Below are positions 61,535-64,000 of a stretch of DNA of 64,000 bases, piece after piece. Numbering within the stretch: the first letter of the stretch is position 1; every line of letters begins with the position of its first letter. Source of the DNA: a bacterium (lineage in GTDB: Bacteria; Patescibacteriota; Dojkabacteria; JAKAPS01; JAJZLI01); NCBI GenBank assembly GCA_021816845.1, contig JAKAWT010000001.1:408209-472208 (forward strand), given 5' to 3'. Position numbers and translations under genes: made by a program. A model generated the notes under the pieces. It did no database searches and was not told the DNA's origin. It saw nothing but the letters and a program-made list of their open reading frames with translations.

Positions 61535-64000
61535 ATGATAAAAGATTTTAAAGCATTAAAAATAACACTAGCATCACCTGATAACATACAGGATTGGTCT
61601 CATGGTGAAGTTAAAAAAGCAGAGACTATAAACTATAGAACTCAAAGGCCAGAAGTTGGTGGTTTGATGTGTGAAAAGATCTTTGGCCCTACAAAAAATT
61701 ATGAGTGTTACTGTGGGAAATATAAAAAAATAAGGTATAAAGGTATAATTTGTGATAAATGTGGAGTTGAAGTAACAACAAGAAATGTAAGAAGGGAGAG
61801 GATGGGGCATATTAAACTTGCATCTCCAGTTACTCATATATGGTATGTTCATGAAGTACCTAATAAATTATCATTACTTTTAGATATTACTCAAAAAAAA
61901 CTTATATCTGTGTTATATTTTTCAAGATATGTAGTTCTTGATATTGATGAAGAAGCTAAAGATAAAGCGATAGATCTTATCAAAAATAAGATAGAAGAGG
62001 AAGAGAAAGCACATAAGGAAGATTTACAATTGCAGATTGACTCTATAAAAGATGAAAATGCATCAGTGATAAAAGAAATGACTAAAGAGTCAAAAGGTTC
62101 TGGTGACGAAAAAAATGTTGAAGCTTTAGAGTTGCAAGTTGAAAAAATTAATTTTAAATATAGACAAAAAATAGCAAAATTAAAGGAGGAACAAGATCTT
62201 ATATTTGCAGAAATATCTAAAGCAAATCAAGATCTTTTAGCCTTAGTAAAGAGAATGGTCGTAGGTGAAGTTGTATCTGAGGAGGAATATGGAAGGCTTA
62301 TAGGCAATGACTTAGATTTTTTCAAGTTAGGAATGGGAAGTGAGGCTATAAGGACATTATTATCGAGAATAAATTTAGAGGAATTATCTAAGGAGTTATA
62401 CAAAGATATTAATGCTAAATCAATTCAAAAGAGGGTAAGAGTTATCCAAAGGCTTAAAATTGTTGAAGGATTTAGAAAAAATAATATGAAGCCAGAGTGG
62501 ATGGTACTTGATATTATACCAGTAATTCCTCCTGATTTAAGGCCTATTATTCAATTACCAGGAGGCAGGTTTGCAACATCAGATTTAAATGATTTATACA
62601 GGAGAGTAATAAATAGGAATAACAGGCTGAAAAAACTTGTTGATCTTGGTGCACCAGATGTAATATTAAGGAATGAAAAGAGGATGTTACAAGAGAGTGT
62701 AGATGCTTTGTTTGATAATCAACACAGACCATCTCCTCCTGTTCTGAATTCAAGAAGGATTCCATATAAATCATTATCTGACAATATAAGGGGTAAATAT
62801 GGGAGATTTAGAGAGAATTTATTAGGTAAAAGAGTTGATTATTCTGGAAGAGCAGTTATAACAGCTGGTCCTGATTTAAACCTATATCAATGTGGTTTAC
62901 CTAAAAAAATGGCTTTAGAGTTATTTAAGCCTTTTGTTATGAGAGAAATACTATATAGGGATCTTGCACCTAATATAAAGGGAGCAAAGTTGTTATTCGA
63001 ACAGGCGACTCCAGAAGTGTGGGATATCTTAGAGGAAGTCATAAAAGATAGGCCTGTGCTTTTAAATAGGGCACCTACATTACATAAACAAGGTGTACAG
63101 GGATTTTATCCTATTCTTATTGAAGGAGATGCTATAAGGTTACATCCTTTATCTTGTGATGGTTTTAATGCAGATTTTGATGGAGATGCTATGGCTGTTC
63201 ATGTTCCTTTGTCAGATGAAGCAATTTTAGAAGTGAAGACTCTTATGATGGCTCATAGCAACTTATTTCTTGCTGCTGATGGAGCACCTGTTATAACACT
63301 AAAAAGAGATATGGTTTATGGTTGTTATTATTTAACTTCTATCTCTAAGGAATCTTTACAGTTTACTTTTAGTTCTCCGGATGATTTATTATCAGCTCAA
63401 GAAAAAGGTTTGGTTCATTTTAGAGATCTTGTTAATGTGAGACTAGATGGAGAAATCATAAAAACTACTGCTGGAAGAATAATATTTAACAATGTTTTAC
63501 CTAAAGAAATTCCATATGTTAATGAAATAACAAATGATACTTTAATAACAAATATAATAATATCTTGTGTTGAAAAGATTGGTACAGAAGCAACTATTCC
63601 TGTACTTGATAAACTTAAAGATCTTGGTTTTAAATATGCTTTAAAATCTGATTTTTCTATATCTTTATCAGATTGTAAAATATTGCCTGAAAAAGATAGT
63701 ATGATTGCTGAGGCAAATTCTAAAGTTGAGAAACTTGTAGATTCATATAAGGAGGGTTTAATTACTAAAGGAGAAAGAATACAGCTATCAACTGTTTTAT
63801 GGAAAGAAGTTACTGATTCAATAGCAGATAAATCTCTTGCCAATTTAGATGATTCAAATATTTTCAAAACTATAGTAACAAATAAATTTATGGGTGCAAA
63901 CATAGATCAATTAAAACAGATAATAGGAATGAAAGGTCTTGTTATTGATCCTACAGGAGGTATTGTTGAGTTACCGGTAAAATCTAATTATGTTGAAGGA
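61535..64000 (+). CDS. rpoC: RNA polymerase beta' subunit (runs off the window; not in the ORF track)
   Basis: MIKDFKALKITLASPD..WSHGEV, CEKIFGP, CYCGKYK, LLGKRVDYSGR, NRAPTLH, NADFDGD at 63167-63187. Confidence 0.97.
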   Translation, partial: MIKDFKALKITLASPDNIQDWSHGEVKKAETINYRTQRPEVGGLMCEKIFGPTKNYECYCGKYKKIRYKGIICDKCGVEVTTRNVRRERMGHIKLASPVTHIWYVHEVPNKLSLLLDITQKKLISVLYFSRYVVLDIDEEAKDKAIDLIKNKIEEEEKAHKEDLQLQIDSIKDENASVIKEMTKESKGSGDEKNVEALELQVEKINFKYRQKIAKLKEEQDLIFAEISKANQDLLALVKRMVVGEVVSEEEYGRLIGNDLDFFKLGMGSEAIRTLLSRINLEELSKELYKDINAKSIQKRVRVIQRLKIVEGFRKNNMKPEWMVLDIIPVIPPDLRPIIQLPGGRFATSDLNDLYRRVINRNNRLKKLVDLGAPDVILRNEKRMLQESVDALFDNQHRPSPPVLNSRRIPYKSLSDNIRGKYGRFRENLLGKRVDYSGRAVITAGPDLNLYQCGLPKKMALELFKPFVMREILYRDLAPNIKGAKLLFEQATPEVWDILEEVIKDRPVLLNRAPTLHKQGVQGFYPILIEGDAIRLHPLSCDGFNADFDGDAMAVHVPLSDEAILEVKTLMMAHSNLFLAADGAPVITLKRDMVYGCYYLTSISKESLQFTFSSPDDLLSAQEKGLVHFRDLVNVRLDGEIIKTTAGRIIFNNVLPKEIPYVNEITNDTLITNIIISCVEKIGTEATIPVLDKLKDLGFKYALKSDFSISLSDCKILPEKDSMIAEANSKVEKLVDSYKEGLITKGERIQLSTVLWKEVTDSIADKSLANLDDSNIFKTIVTNKFMGANIDQLKQIIGMKGLVIDPTGGIVELPVKSNYVEG

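Noticed and set aside
61930..62260. Long coiled-coil insertion in the RpoC N-terminal region
   Set aside because: It resembles the known lineage-specific beta' insertion seen in Actinobacteria and related groups, so it is not novel and not an intein.

Overview
Very AT-rich (roughly 25-30% GC by eye) core-genome segment of a bacterium using genetic code 11 (TGA ends polA and topA; tRNA-Trp is CCA). The 16S signatures, reduced gene clusters, paired MreB, PEGA/PilN/PilO genes, DUF5674 and an ATP-dependent DNA ligase point to a Patescibacteria/CPR lineage, probably on the Dojkabacteria/WWE3/Microgenomates side (inference). It holds a full rRNA operon (16S-tRNA-Ile-tRNA-Ala-23S-5S), 9 tRNAs in total, tmRNA and about 50 mostly housekeeping CDS (ftsH, polA, lig, mnmA, rpsA, clpC, rplJL, rho, rplAK, nusG, secE, priA, mreBCD-mrdA, topA, rpsB-tsf-frr, mfd, aaRSs, dnaX, recR, cca, ychF, rpoB, partial rpoC). 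I saw no mobile element, prophage or CRISPR array. The main unexplained signals are: (1) a promoter- and terminator-bounded ~130-nt hairpin RNA behind two perfect DnaA boxes; (2) a second ~135-nt rod-shaped ncRNA (6S-like); (3) a 5S rRNA with its own promoter, abutting rpsA; (4) polA coupled to an archaeal/eukaryotic-type ATP-dependent ligase; (5) a metal-ligand-less beta-CASP protein coupled to the CCA-adding enzyme; (6) strongly divergent RNA polymerase and rRNA functional sites; and (7) several apparently leaderless genes.
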